Shown here piece by piece: positions 14,900 through 31,218 of a stretch of 64,000 bases of DNA. A model generated the notes under the pieces. That model saw nothing but the letters and a program-made list of their open reading frames with translations. It did no database searches and had not been told where the DNA came from. Position numbers and translations under genes: made by a program. Positions within the stretch are counted from its first letter, which is position 1. The number at the start of each line of letters is the position of its first letter. Where the stretch lies: NCBI RefSeq assembly GCF_009914755.1, contig NC_060927.1; one strand, 5' to 3'. This stretch comes from the human T2T-CHM13v2.0 reference genome, Homo sapiens.

Positions 14900-15360
14900 A
14901 GGACTCTTGGTTGCATTGGGCAATGAGTTTATTGAACGGAAAGCTATGTAAAATAGAAATGCCAGGGAAATTGGAAGAATCAGCTGTAAAAATGGGCAGG
15001 AACAGAATGAAGTAAGACAGCCAGTCAACAGCCCAAATCATGGCCCAACGCTAGCTCAACAGAAGCTCCCATTGTCATGGTTGAAATTTCAAATGCCACA
15101 GCTCACACTGTCAGTTCCATTGTTGTGTGCAGATGCTTTTGTCAGGGTCTTGATATTGCTGCTTTGGCTGCTTTTGCATCAGACATTCTCTTTGATCCCT
15201 GTTCCTTTGTTTCCCACCTTCCAAATTCCAAATCTATGTTGGTGGGTTTGGCTGGCCAAACCTACTCAAGTAGCCTCATTCTAGGTGCAAGAAGGATGGA
15301 AAAGTAAGTTTCTAGCTCTAGAATGGGTAGTATTCTCTCTCGGCCACCAAGATTCATGTG
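14900..15360 (-). mobile_element. Ancient ERVL/MaLR-type LTR remnant (LTR33-like), shared with copy B
   Basis: Motif ctggccaaacc...ctaggtgcaagaaggatggaaaagtaag; homologue at 31860-33000. Confidence 0.4.
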
Positions 15361-16310
15361 GTAGAAAAGAGGACCAGGGGCTGGCCATCTAATAAATGAC
15401 ATGTAAATTGGATACGCTTTATAACCTGTTTAACGTAATTTAAATGTATTGCCTCTCTGATCCTCTTTTATGTTTGATACACTCTCCAATGCATAGGACA
15501 TCTATAACTATGCCTTAAACTACCCCCAATGCCTCTCATATCATTATTTTTATTAAGTTCTAGTAGAGTCACATCTCTAAGCACACCTCACCTGGATGTT
15601 CAGTGAATGCTTCTTCCACATATCTGCCAACGAACCTGAGTTCTGAATCTCATTTTGAATCACCAAATGACTCCTCTTTATTTCAGTGACTATTCTCTTC
15701 CCATCTAATATGTCATGGAGCCCTGTTGACTCTACATTCTGAATTCTTTTCAATCTATTTCTTTGTCTTCATCATCACTTCCTTATCACACATGAAGTAG
15801 GTACTTTGCCTGCATTTGAATCACATGAATAGCATTTTCTTAAAAATACATATTCCTAGACCTCATTCTTGAACTACAGAGTTTGTTAGTAATCTCTCAT
15901 GTCCTATATTTTGGTAAGAAAGTTCCCCAGACAATTCTGATATGTAATCTGGCTTGGTATTCCTTTGCAATAGAAACAGCTTCTGGATTAGTATCTCTGA
16001 CTGCAGGTTCCCTTCCTTGCAGCCTATTTTCTATAACACCAATTATTTAACTTAAAATACATCTTACATGCCACTGTCTGTCTTAGAATTTTAAATTCCT
16101 GACTATTTCCTGAAGAATAAAGTTCAAAGTCCTTCACATGGCTTTTAACTCTTTTTGTGTTTCTGACCTTACAAAGATCTTTTCCCTTGACCTTGTTTCC
16201 ATGTATCAGACACAGAAATTTTGTACCATCCTCCAGTGTCCACATAAATTAATCACATCTATAGAATGACTCTCTTTTTGCTTAAATATGTTTATTCATG
16301 CACACTCTAT

Positions 16311-17405
16311 TATCAGGCAAAATTCACCCCCGATATTTCATGTAGGTTCTTTTCTATTTTCCCTAAATGTTGGCCAGTCTGAGAAATAAAGGGACAGAGT
16401 ACAAAAGAGAGAAATTTTAAAGCTGGGTGTCCAAGGGAGACATCACATGTCGGCAGGTTCCGTGATGTCCCCTGAGCCGAGCCGTAAAACCAGCAAGATT
16501 TTATTAGTGATTTTCAGAAAGGAGAGGGAGTGTACGAACAGGGTGTGGGTCACAGAGATCACATGCTTCACAAGGTAATAAGATATCACAAGGTAAATGG
16601 AGGCAGGGGGAGATCACAGGACCACAGGACCAGGGCGAAATTAAAATTACTAATGAAGTTTTGGGCATGCATTGTCATTGATAACATCTTATCAGGAGAC
16701 AGGGTTTGAGAGCAGACAACCGGTCTGACCAAAATTTATTAGGCGGGAATTTCCTTGTCCTAATACACCTGGGAGCGCTATGGGAGACGGGGCTTATTTC
16801 ATCCCACAGCTGCGACTGTAAAAGACAGCCGCTCCCCAAAGCGGCCATTTTAAAGGCCTCCCCTCAGGGATGCATTCTCTTTCTCAGGGATGTTCCTTGC
16901 TGAGAAAAAGAATTCAGCGATATTTCCCCCATTTGCTTTTGAAAGAAGAGAAATATGGATCTGTTCCGCCCGGCTCACTGGCAGTCAGAGTTTAAGGTTA
17001 TCTCTCTTGTTCCCTGAACATTGCTGTTATCCTGTTCTTTTTTCATGGTGCCCAGATTTCATATTGTTCAAACACACATGCTCTACAAACAATTTGTGCA
17101 GTTAACGCAATCATCACAGGGTCCTGAGGTGACATACATCCTCCTCAGCATTCGAAGATGATGGGATTAAGAGATTAAAGTAAAGACAGGCATAGGAAAT
17201 CACAAGGGTATTGATTGGAGAAGTGATAAGTGTCCATGAAATCTTCACAATTTATGTTCAGAGATTGCAGTAAAGACAGGCATAAGAAATTATAAAAGTA
17301 TTAATTTGAGGAACTAATAAATGTCCATGAAATCTTCACAATTAATGTTCTTCTACCATGGCTTCAGCTGGTCCCTCCATTCAGGGTCCCTGACTTCCCG
17401 CAACA
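16311..17405 (-). mobile_element. MER11 solo LTR (HERV-K HML-8 family)
   Basis: The minus strand starts tgttgcgggaagtcaggga. It has the internal tandem repeat typical of MER11 and a 6-bp TSD ctctat / ttctat. Confidence 0.9.
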
Positions 17406-17616
17406 TTCTATAAACTCAAATAATTGCATTTTTCCACCTCTTCAGTTCCCCTACTATAGTTTTCATTAGCACAGTGTAATAAATACATGAATAGGACATT
17501 CTGATGAGTGTATGATTTTATTTTAACTCCTCTCCTCCAGTATTCACTTTATAAATTCTTATTGAATATTCTTTTTATATTTATTTCAGTTCACTCAGGG
17601 TACATCCAATGAGGAC

Positions 17617-18547
17617 ATGGATGACGAAAATGCAACATTGCTGACAGAGTTTGTTCTCACAGGACTTACATATCAATCAGAGTGGAAAATACCCCTGTTC
17701 CTGGCATTCTTGGTAATATATCTCATCACCATCATGGCAAATCTTGGTCTGATTGCTGTCATCTGGAAAGACTCACACCTTCACATTCCAATGTACTTAT
17801 TCCTTGGGAGTTTAGCCTTTGTGGATGCTTGGTTATCATCCTCAGTGACCCCTAAGATGCTGATCAGCTTTTTAGCTAAGAGTATGATTATTTCTGTCTC
17901 TGAATGCAAGATACAATTTTTTTCCTTTGGAATCAGTGGAACCACAGAATGTTTTCTCTTGGCAACAATGGCGTATGATTGCTATGTAGCCATATGCAAA
18001 CCTTTACATTATCCAGTCATTATGACCAATGGACTGTGTATCTGGCTATTAGTCTTGTCATTTATAGGTGGCTTTCTTCATGCCTTAATTCATGAAGGTA
18101 TTTTATTCAGATTAACCTTCTGTAATTCCAACATAATACATTACTTTTACTGTGACATTATCCCATAGTTAAAGGTTTCCTGTACTGACCCTTCTATTAA
18201 TTTTTTAATGCTTTTTATTTTGTCTGGTTCAATACAGGTATTCACTATTTTGACTGTTCTTGTCTCTTATACATTTGTCCTCTTTACAATCTTAAAAAAA
18301 AAAGTCTGCCAAAGACATAAGGAAAGCCTTTTCCACCTGTGGAGCCCATCTCTTATCTGTTTCTTTATACTATGGCCCCCTTCTCTTCATGTATGTGCGC
18401 CCTGCATCTCCACAAGCAGATGATCAAGATACGGTGGAGTCTCTATTTTACACTGTCATAATTCCTTTCTTAAATCCCATTATCTACAGCCTGAGAAATA
18501 AGCAAGTCATAGATTCACTGACAAAAACATTAAAAGGAAATGTTTAG
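17617..18547 (+). pseudogene. OR5H8: Olfactory receptor family 5H pseudogene
   Basis: OR motifs [22 protein letters not shown] and [12 protein letters not shown]. In-frame TAG at 18166-18168 and a +1 A in the A10 run at 18294-18303. Acceptor ttatttcAG at 17589. Symbol recognised from the N-terminus MDDENATLL and the neighbouring OR5K gene. Confidence 0.85.
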
Positions 18548-19469
18548 ATCTCATACTGGAATGTATTCTCTATTTAAAGTCATATAATCATGCATGCTAG
18601 ATGTCAGTATATGTTAGTGTATGTTTAAAGTTTTTTGCAGTTACAATTGTCCTAACTTTTTAACGACTCAAGTCATTAGTATCTAATGAATTCTTTAAGA
18701 TATTTGTATATATTATTGAAAAGCATACAAGAAAATTTTGTCAACTGTTCATGACATACTAGATTAGAGCAGGAAAAAAAAACATTTTACAGGTTTCTTG
18801 CTCTTCAATGTGGCTTTATAAACGGATCAAGTGCTACAATAGTAGATCCTTTAATAACAACTTGAGTATGATGTCTTTGTTACTAATACAGGTTTATAAA
18901 CTGGAGATTCATAGCACAATTCCTCCATAGAACAAGTTTGTGTTTGCATGAACCCAAACAAATCTCATGAATTCAGCTAACCATCACAAAGTGTTTTATT
19001 CCACTTTATTGGGAAATGGTTAATTTCTTCTCTTGTAGAGATTCAATTCACATATCATAGACAGAAATGAACAGAAATAGGAAACTATGAGAGGATTCTC
19101 TTAGTTCAGTGTGCTTCTGTGAGTGAGGAGAGGCCAGTTGCTTCTCCCTGTTTGTGATGCCTTCTAAGATCATTTCCAGCTGTGTTTGTATGTTTGTTGG
19201 CAGTCTGAAAACCTTTACTAATTCGGAAAGCTAACACATTAGACTTAATAATTAAGTTGAGTGCAGAGAGAAAAAAAAAAACAGAAGTGGTAGAATAAGA
19301 ATTAAATGGTCTAAATTTTCCCTGAATTAAAAAGAAAGGAACCTTGTAAGATCAAGAAATCAGTGATATTTATAGGTTATATTACAAGGAATATACTGTA
19401 ATTATATTACATGTAATTATAATGTAATTATATTGTAATGTAATTATAATGTAATTATATTCCTTAACA

Positions 19470-19600
19470 ATGAGCGACTTTATGCCTTTGCAGGGATATG
19501 GATGGAGCTGGAGGCCATTATCCTTAGCAAACTAACACAGGAAGAGAAAAACAAATAACACAAGTTCTCACTTAGATGTGGGGACTGAATGATGAGAACT
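19470..19600 (+). mobile_element. L1PA ORF2-end fragment
   Basis: tttgcagggatatggatggagctggaggccattatccttagcaaactaacacagg. Confidence 0.75.
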
Positions 19601-19603
19601 TTA

Positions 19604-20128
<525 letters not shown>

Positions 20129-20305
20129 TCAAGTTTCTTATCTTTTTCATCTAGCTCTTACTGTCTTACCTTGTAAGCACTGTAGCCAGATAATTTTTCA
20201 TAAACAAGACTCTCATTGAATCATATTCCTCTTCAATAACCTTTAATGGATTGTCACCGCTACCAGATTATATGCATATAAGATATATGTTCCTAGAGCT
20301 GAATA

Positions 20306-21536
20306 AAGTCGTGTACCACATAATGACATTTTGATTGCCTATGGGATGGTGGTGCCATAAGATTACAATGGAGCTGAAAAATTCCTATCACCTAGTGACA
20401 TCATAGCCATCATTATGTCACAGTAGAACACATTAATCATATGTTTGTGTGATGCTGGTGTATACAAATCTGCACTGTCAGTCATATAAATGTATAGCTC
20501 TTATATTTATGTACCGTCCATAATAATACTTGATAGTGACAATAAGCAACTGTTAGTGGTTTATGTATTTATTATGCTATTAATCATTATTTTAGAGTAT
20601 ATGCCTTCTAATTATATAAAAAAGTTAACTATAAAACAGTCTCAGGCAGGTCCTCCAGGATATATTCCAGAAGAAGGCATCGTTGTCATAGGAGATGAGA
20701 GCTACATACATGTTATTTCCCCTAAAGACCTTCCAGTGGCACAAGATGTGGAGGTAGAAGACAGTGATATTCATGATCTCGACCCTAACTAGGCCTAAGC
20801 TAATGTGTGTGTTTGTGTCTTAGTTTTTAATAAAACGTTTTAAAAATAAAAAATTTAATAAAAATTCTAAAAATAGAAAAAAGCTTATAGAATACAATTT
20901 AAAGAAAAATATTGTCGTATAGCTGTACAACATGTTTGCCTTTTAAGCTAAGTATTATTACAAAAAAGTCAGAAAGTTTTCAAAAGTTTAAAAATTTATA
21001 AGGCAAAAACATTACAGTAAGCTCAGTTAATTTAATTTTGAAGAAAGAAAAATGTTGAAATAAATTTAAGGTAGCCTACATGTACAGTGTTTATAAAATA
21101 AAGTCCACAGTAGTGGACAGAAATGTCCCAGGCCTTCACATTCACTCATCACTTACTCACTGACTCACCTAGAACTACTTCCAATCCTGCAAGCTCCATT
21201 TACGATAAGTTGTATAATTTTTAAACTTTTAGGTTGTTTTATTACTCTACCTTTTATATGTGTGGATATATTTAGATATACAAATCCTTACCATTGTATT
21301 ACAATTGCCTACAGTATTCAGTATAGTAACATGATGTACAGGTTTGTAGCCCAGGAGCAATAGGTGATACCGTATAGCCTAGGTGTGTGGGCAATACCAT
21401 CTAGATTTTTTGTAAGTACACTCTAGGATGTTTTCACAATGACAAAATCACTTACTTCTTGCAAGAACACTATAGGATGTAATCATAATGACAAATTTCT
21501 CAGAACATATTCCCATCATGAAGTGATGCATGACTG
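20306..21536 (+). mobile_element. Tigger3b-like DNA transposon (Tc1/mariner, non-autonomous)
   Basis: Degenerate TIRs aagtcgtgtaccacataatgac / catgaagtgatgcatgactg, about 1.23 kb. Confidence 0.8.
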
Positions 21537-21650
21537 CTTGTAACTATCCATATGCTTGTTAATTTGTATGTACAGATTTTGTGATATACATATAGATACA
21601 CATACACATAAAAATATATAAATATAAAATCTAAATAAATAAGTGTGATA

Positions 21651-22995
21651 TACAGTCATCCTTCTGAATCCCTGGGGCTTCTGGATCTGTGGGGGATCTA
21701 GCACTGCCCTCGGATACCAAAATTTATGGATGCTCAAGTCGCTAATATCAAATGGTATAGCATTTTGCATATAACCTCTGCAAATCCTCCTATGTACTTT
21801 AAATCATATCTAGATTACTTAAAATGCCTAATACAATGTTGAAGGCGGCCAGCCCCTCCACACCTGTGGGTATTTCTCGTCAGATGGGGTGAGAGACTGA
21901 GAAAAGAAATAAGACACAGAGACAAAGTATAGAGAAAGAACAGTGGGCCTGGGGGACCGGCGCTCAGCATACGGAGGACCAGCACCAGCATCGGCCTCTG
22001 AGTTCGCTCAGTATTTATTGATTACTATTTTCACTATCTCAGCAAGGGGAAAGTGGCAGGAGAACAGGGTGAAAGTGGGGAGAAGGTCAGCAAGAAAACA
22101 TGTGAGCAAAGGAATCTGTGTCACAAATAAGTTCAAGGGAAGGTACTATGCCTGGATGTGCACGTAGGCCAGATTTGTGCCTTTCTCCACCCAAACATCT
22201 CAGTGTAGTAAAGAATAACAGAGCAGCATTGCCACCAGCATGTCTCACCTCCAGCCACAGAGTGGTTTTCTCCTACCTCAGAATAGAACAAATCGTACAA
22301 TCAGTTTTATACTGAAACATTCCATTCCCAGGGGCATGCAGGAGACAGAGGCCTTCCTCTTATCTCAACTGCAAGAGGCCTTCCTTTTTTACTAATGCTG
22401 TGTCGGGATGAGGGTGTCGGGCTGAGGGATGGTCAGGTGTTTCCCATCCCACGAGGCCATATCTCAGGCTATCTTAGAAACCTTGGACAATACCCGACTT
22501 TCCTGAGCAGAGGTCCCTGTGGCTTTCTGCAGTGCATTGTGCCCCTGGTTAATTGAGAATGGAGAATGGCGATGACTTTTACCAAGCATACTGCCTGTAA
22601 ACGTACTATTAACAAGGCACATCCTGCACAGCCCTAGATCCCTTAAACCTTGATTCCATACAATACATGTTTCTGTGACACAAGGTTGGGGGTAAAGTTA
22701 CAGATTAACAGCATCTCAAGGCAAAACAATTGTTCAGGGTACAGATCAAAATGCAGTTTCTTATGTCTTCCTTTTCTACATAGACACAGTAATAGTCTGA
22801 TCTCTCTTTCTTTTCCCTACACAATGTAATCACTAAGTAAATAGTTGTTATACTGTATTGTTTAGCAAATAGTGACCAAAACCAACAGTCTCTACATATT
22901 TAGTAAAGATGCAATTATTTTTTCTTGAATAGTTTTGATCCACAATTGTTTGAATCCACAAATGCAAAACCAACAGATATAGAGAGCCAACTATA
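21651..22995 (+). mobile_element. Tigger4 (Zombi/MER46)-like MITE split by an LTR5
   Basis: Left part 21651-21839 (ggataccaaaatttatggatgctcaagtc) continues at 22822-22995 (ttgaatccacaaatgcaaaacc). Confidence 0.75.
21840..22821 (-). mobile_element. HERV-K (HML-2) solo LTR, LTR5A-like
   Basis: The minus strand runs tgtagggaaaagaaagagagatcagac...cacaggtgtggaggggctggccgccttca, with a perfect 6-bp TSD CAATGT (21834-21839, 22822-22827). Confidence 0.9.
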
Positions 22996-24454
22996 TGTGC
23001 TTGTCTTTGTGTGTGTGTGTGTTTATAGATGATAGATAGATCTTTGTCACACTGCATTTGCTCACCCTGACATTGAGTTCATTTCCAATGAAACCTTGGT
23101 TTAACTGGAGTCTCCTCTACAGTTGTCCTAATGGAATCTGTGTTGTAGCCAAAATCAGTTACTGAGAGACTTCTGGACATACTTTAGTCTCTCAGGTATA
23201 TGCTTTTTCTCAGATAGGTCCATCCACAGAGAAACTTTCCTCCCTTGACTGCGTCCATCCTCATTTACAATTGAAATGGCATTCTTTCTTCAAGATCTAT
23301 CTCAAATGTTCCTACTAACTCATTTGAAATATTTAGCAATTTTTTTCTTCTTTTAAGGCCAAAATTTTCCTTGCATAGTATTTATTTTTGGCCCAAAGGA
23401 TCTTGTAGATTACAATATATAGTCTAACTACTCTTTTTGTATTTTGCAGTGTGTAGACAGTGGCTTAGTCACATAAGGGCCTAAATAAGCATTTATGAAA
23501 TATTTGTGAAATTAAAATGAAACTGACAGCACAAATTCCTAGAATGCAGTAAGAGTGCATCAGTCTTTTTTAACCTTGATATGAGCCCAAGGAGATTACT
23601 GAGCCTAGGATGTCTGCTGCAGGCAACTTGCCTTATGTTTCCTTCATGACAATTGAAAATATTATACAGCTAAATAAATTATTTATATTCTTATTACTAG
23701 GATTGTCTTCTGGGATAGAGTAGAAGAAAGTATCAAGGGGAAGCTATTCAGTTAGATGTTTGGTATAAAGGATAAAATATATAAATATTTAAAATAAATA
23801 TTATTCTACATTTGTGGACATCCAGTTAACAAAATCATCTACCCTCTTTTTGTTCTCCCAAGAAATCCCACCAAACTCCAGGAAACAGAGTGAATATGGA
23901 ACACTTCAACTTCTATTACTCCTTCCCTTAGAGAATCCATGTTATTACATGTGTCTGTAGCTTTTCTAAAAATTTTTATTGCTATGTAATATTTTCAATA
24001 TACTGATGGTTTCCTGTGAATTATCTGTCTTTTTGGTGGTTTGTTCATTGTTATAACCCAAAGATTGGATTGGTAATGTGAGCATCTGATGTCCATTTTT
24101 TTTTTTTTTTTTGCCATTTTAAAGGTCTAGTTCCCTGATTGGCCTTTTTCTTCAATGAAAAGGTGGACATCAAGCTTTGAGCATGTGGCAACGTGTGTAG
24201 CAGGTTAAGTCATACTTCATGTTGGATGAGTATGAAAGAGATCCTCTCAGAAACTCAGACTTCTTCTGAAGCCTTTTTCTTGTATATGTCTAGTCTACAC
24301 ATACTTGTTCTCTGGTTTGTCCTTGAATATAATTCCAACTATTTTATGTCTTCCCGACACAAATTATTTCTTTATAGATATAATATTTTTTGTCATTTTT
24401 GTCATTTCAAGAGATGTTAGGAAAGAGTTAAAATATACATCTGTTATAAGCTAT

Positions 24455-24745
24455 ACTCCAAGTCTGAAGATCTGAGAACCAGGAGTGCTGAGGGCAGGAG
24501 AAAATCAATGTGCCAGCTCAGTCAGCCAGAGAGCAAATTTGACCTGCCCCTGTCTTTTTATGCCACTCAGGCCCTAAATAAATTGACTGATGCCCTCCCA
24601 CACTGAGGAGAGCCATCTGCTTTACTCAGTCCACCAATTCAAATGCAAGTATCTGCTAGAAATACCCTCACAGACACACCCAGAAATAAGGTTTAACCAG
24701 ATATCTGGGCATCTCTGGCTTTGTCAAGCTGACGCATAAAATCAT
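24455..24745 (-). mobile_element. MLT2B-like ERV-L LTR (3' LTR, partial)
   Basis: ccctcacagacacacccagaaataa...gtcaagctgacgcataaaa, directly adjoining ERV-L internal sequence. Confidence 0.75.
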
Positions 24746-27745
<3,000 letters not shown>

Positions 27746-27764
27746 TTGTTGTTGAAGATAGGCA

Positions 27765-28035
27765 ATCATGAAGAAATATTTACACATTCCATATCTGTAA
27801 AAAGACTTGTATCCAGAATATATGAAGAATTCTCAAAACTAAATAATAAAACAAATAATTTAATTGAAATATAAACAAAAGGATTATGCAGACACTTCAG
27901 CAATGAAAACAAACAGATGTCAAATAAGGACAGAAAACGATACTCACTATCATTAGTTACCAGGGAAATGCAAATTAAAACCACAATGAGATGCCATGAC
28001 CCAATCATTTGAAAGACCAAAATTGAAAAGACTAC
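27765..28035 (+). mobile_element. Old L1M fragment, copy B
   Basis: gacttgtatccagaatata...gggaaatgcaaattaaaaccacaatgag. Confidence 0.75.
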
Positions 28036-29029
28036 CTATTGTCAGTGCAGAACTATAGTGCTTTTGTACTCACAGATAGGCAACAAAATGAGTTAGGAGG
28101 TAATCATACAAAATTTAAGAGGGCAATACATTTAAGTCAAGTTTTGGTCATGTTAAAAGCTACCTCTGCACATCACGCTGCTTACTCCACACTTCCGCAG
28201 AGGTTTCACACTGACTCCTCTTTATTATTTTCTTCTGCTTCTTTGTCTTTTACTAGCAAAATCTTAAGAAAGGAGGATAATTGATTAATGAGTCTACCAT
28301 AAAACATGCCCTATGTTTTCTCCCAGTGTCTTGCCAGCCATAACCCAAGTTTAGATTGAACATTTTTTATTGTAGAGATAGTTACATATCATTATTCATT
28401 TATAAAGTCTAAATGTCACAAATGAGTGAACTGTTTTATTTTTCTAAGTGAATGTTTGCTGAATACTTTGTTAAAGATAAAAATGCAAATCTAAACATGT
28501 TACCACTACACTTACAATTTCCCCATAGTTTTCCTTTCTTCGTGTAAAGAACAAAGTCCCTGACCTAGCTCCCAAGAGCTATGCAGGCCCATTCATACCA
28601 CCTCCCTGGCCTCATCTGGCTCCTCCCTGCTTCTCTCTCTGATTGTCAGCCACATTTATAATTTTTTGTTTCTCAATGATCTAGCCTCTCTGGTAATCTA
28701 AGTCCTCAATGATGAAGGCCCTGTGGATAGCAGGCATCACTTTGTTAGACAAGAAGATTCTGAGCCCTACGCCAGAACTACTGAAACCAAATATGCATTT
28801 TAACAAGATCTCCAAAATATGTACGGACATTGAAATTTGGGGAACAGAGACCTAGGCCACCTCCCACTGTGGTCTTTGTTTTCTCTTTCTCTTTGATCTT
28901 TGCTAATAAGATTTTTCATCAGATTTCAACTCAAAGTTGGGAACTAGTGATATGTCTGGAATTTAATTTGCAGTTTTCATGAGGACACTTTCATTTGGAG
29001 TTGGCTCCTGAGGGTAATCTAGACTTTCA

Positions 29030-29543
29030 GCCTTATTAAAATCATGATTTGATTAACTCAGACAAGACTGCCTAATCAAAGACCACAGGGAAAGGAATAT
29101 TATATATAATCCGAGGTTTACATAAACATGTGGGAAGTGTCATCTATGGTAGAAAATAGTGGCACAAAGTGCAATTTCAGTTTCAATTGTTAAACTAGAC
29201 CCATATACAATGACTTGATGTTTATGGTTTCAAAGTCTATAATGCCCTGTGGGACAGCCTAGACTTCTTATACACATTCAAATTTATAATGCCCAGTAAT
29301 ACATCTTAACTTGCCCTAAAGGGAACCCTTGGGTGCTATTAGAGGAGTTTCAGTTCTCCTCCCTCTTCTGTCAAAAGCACATGGTAGTACATGCAATTGG
29401 TTGACTCCTCCACTTAAAGCAAATTTATATAAATGACATTTTTCTGAATGTGGGAAATGAAGCCTCCATAGCAAATTTATGTACAAAGAATTGCTACCTG
29501 TGTTATTGTCATTCCTGTACTGTTGTATTTTTTTCTACTTTAG
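29030..29543 (+). promoter_or_regulatory. Paralogous OR5H-type promoter with no downstream OR coding exon
   Basis: Colinear with 11985-12497. Contains tgattaa (29050), taatgccctgtggga (29240) and a perfect EBF-like core acccttgggt (29325). Confidence 0.45.
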
Positions 29544-29591
29544 AAAACCTAATACTTTTAAAGGATTTTGACCATTTCTTTCAAGATATGG
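29544..29591 (+). other. Paralogous 48-nt non-coding exon (orphan)
   Basis: 39/48 ungapped identity to 12498-12545, with acceptor tttctactttAG and donor G|GTAAGA intact. Confidence 0.55.
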
Positions 29592-30575
29592 GTAAGACAG
29601 AAATGATTTATATAATATTTGTTATTCTTTACATATAAGATTGAAAATGCTGTTTAATTTATAGTAAATTTAGATTGGGTTTACAAGATGCCAAAATAGC
29701 CAGATGTAAGACGTCAAAGCTATTAGTGAATTATCTATTTTATTTTCATGAACTACAATCTGAATATGCAAAATAGCTGCAAAGGTAAATTAATTTCTCT
29801 AATTATATTTTCTCACCTCTTACTTTCACTATAATGACTTTTTAAGAGATGTTGTGGTGAACTAGAACTTTAAACAATTTAAAACTGGGTTTACAGACTT
29901 GGGTCCTAATGCTTCTTATATGGAAATCTTTCTGATAACTTTATAAAAAGACTCATTCTGTATCATAAACCACAACTCTGGTTAACACTTTTAGCTAAGT
30001 CATTTAAATATTAACTCTTCTATCCTTCCATGCACTTCTTTCTATTATTTTATTGATTATTTAATATATAGTGGAAAATATGCAGAAAATACACCTTCGC
30101 TACTCTAATACTATTTCCAGTATTTATGACATAAGTAACCCCAAACAAAATGAATTAAAGAATTCTCAATTATTTACTGATTTGGGATTATACAGAGGAA
30201 GACCTATTCCAAATAAAAATACGTTTAGCAACTGGAATTATCAGCACCGCTTATTATATCCTAAGTAAGATTCAAGGCTTTGGCTCAACTTTCTTTTGCT
30301 AATAAAAATGGGGGAGAAAAAGTTGCTTTCAAGTAAAACCAGCAGAATTACTAGAAAAGTCTGTTTTAATAACTAATCACAATGATAACCTTTTAAATAT
30401 GGAAAGAACTTTCAGATAATGCTAATATATTAATAAAAAACTTGAAATTTGTAAAGTAAAACTTAAAGTCAGATCTCCCTTTCAAACACAAATTCTGCTC
30501 AGAAAATGAACTTTGAAATTTGAATTAAAAGAGAAGAAAAGATTCCCAGAGTTGACACTTTAACACCAAAGTTAG

Positions 30576-31218
30576 TGATACAGGAGCTAAGAAGAAATTA
30601 TTTAGGCAGACAGTGAGGGTAAAGGAGTCCTGGGCAAGGCTTCCCTTTTAATAAAAAGCAGCCCCCAAATCATTTCTTTTCTAACAAAGAGCAGCCTGAA
30701 ATATTAAGCTGCAAACATAGATAAGCAACCTGGAAGCTTGCATAGATAAATGCTGGCGGCTGTGCCGACAGGAATAGGCTACCTGGGAGCCAGGCATGTT
30801 CAACATGGAGGCGCCATCTTCCGTTTTCTTTGCTTTTCTTCGTCACCACGTGTGCAGTCAGGGAGTAGGCAACGTGGTGCCAGCCAGGTAGAGAACTTAT
30901 ATACATAGTAAAAGATTAGGGTGGGGCGGCCAGCTTCTTTGCAGGCTATCCAAACAGCACACCTGGCCTGACCAATCTCTCGTGACCTATGTAAATCAGA
31001 CGCTGCCTCCTCAAGCTCCTCTACAAAACCCTGTGCACTTAACCATGAAACTGGCAACCCATTTTTCTCCGGGACCCCTTTCTGCGCAGAGAGCTCTTCT
31101 CTTTCTTTTGCTTTTAAACTTCTGCTCTTAACTTCACTCTGGTGTGTCCGCGTCCTTGTTTTCCTTGGCATGAGGCAACGAACCTCAGATATTACCCCAG
31201 ACAAACAATGCCGCTTCA
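30576..31218 (+). mobile_element. ERV1 solo LTR (LTR9/MER61-like)
   Basis: TG...CA ends and a 4-bp TSD TTAG. Absent from copy A. Confidence 0.85.

Noticed and set aside
17170-17350. Direct repeats of about 90 bp, superficially array-like
   Set aside because: Internal tandem repeat of the MER11 LTR; no spacers and not CRISPR.
18208-18423. 71-aa ORF as a separate gene
   Set aside because: It is the post-stop, frameshifted part of the OR pseudogene.
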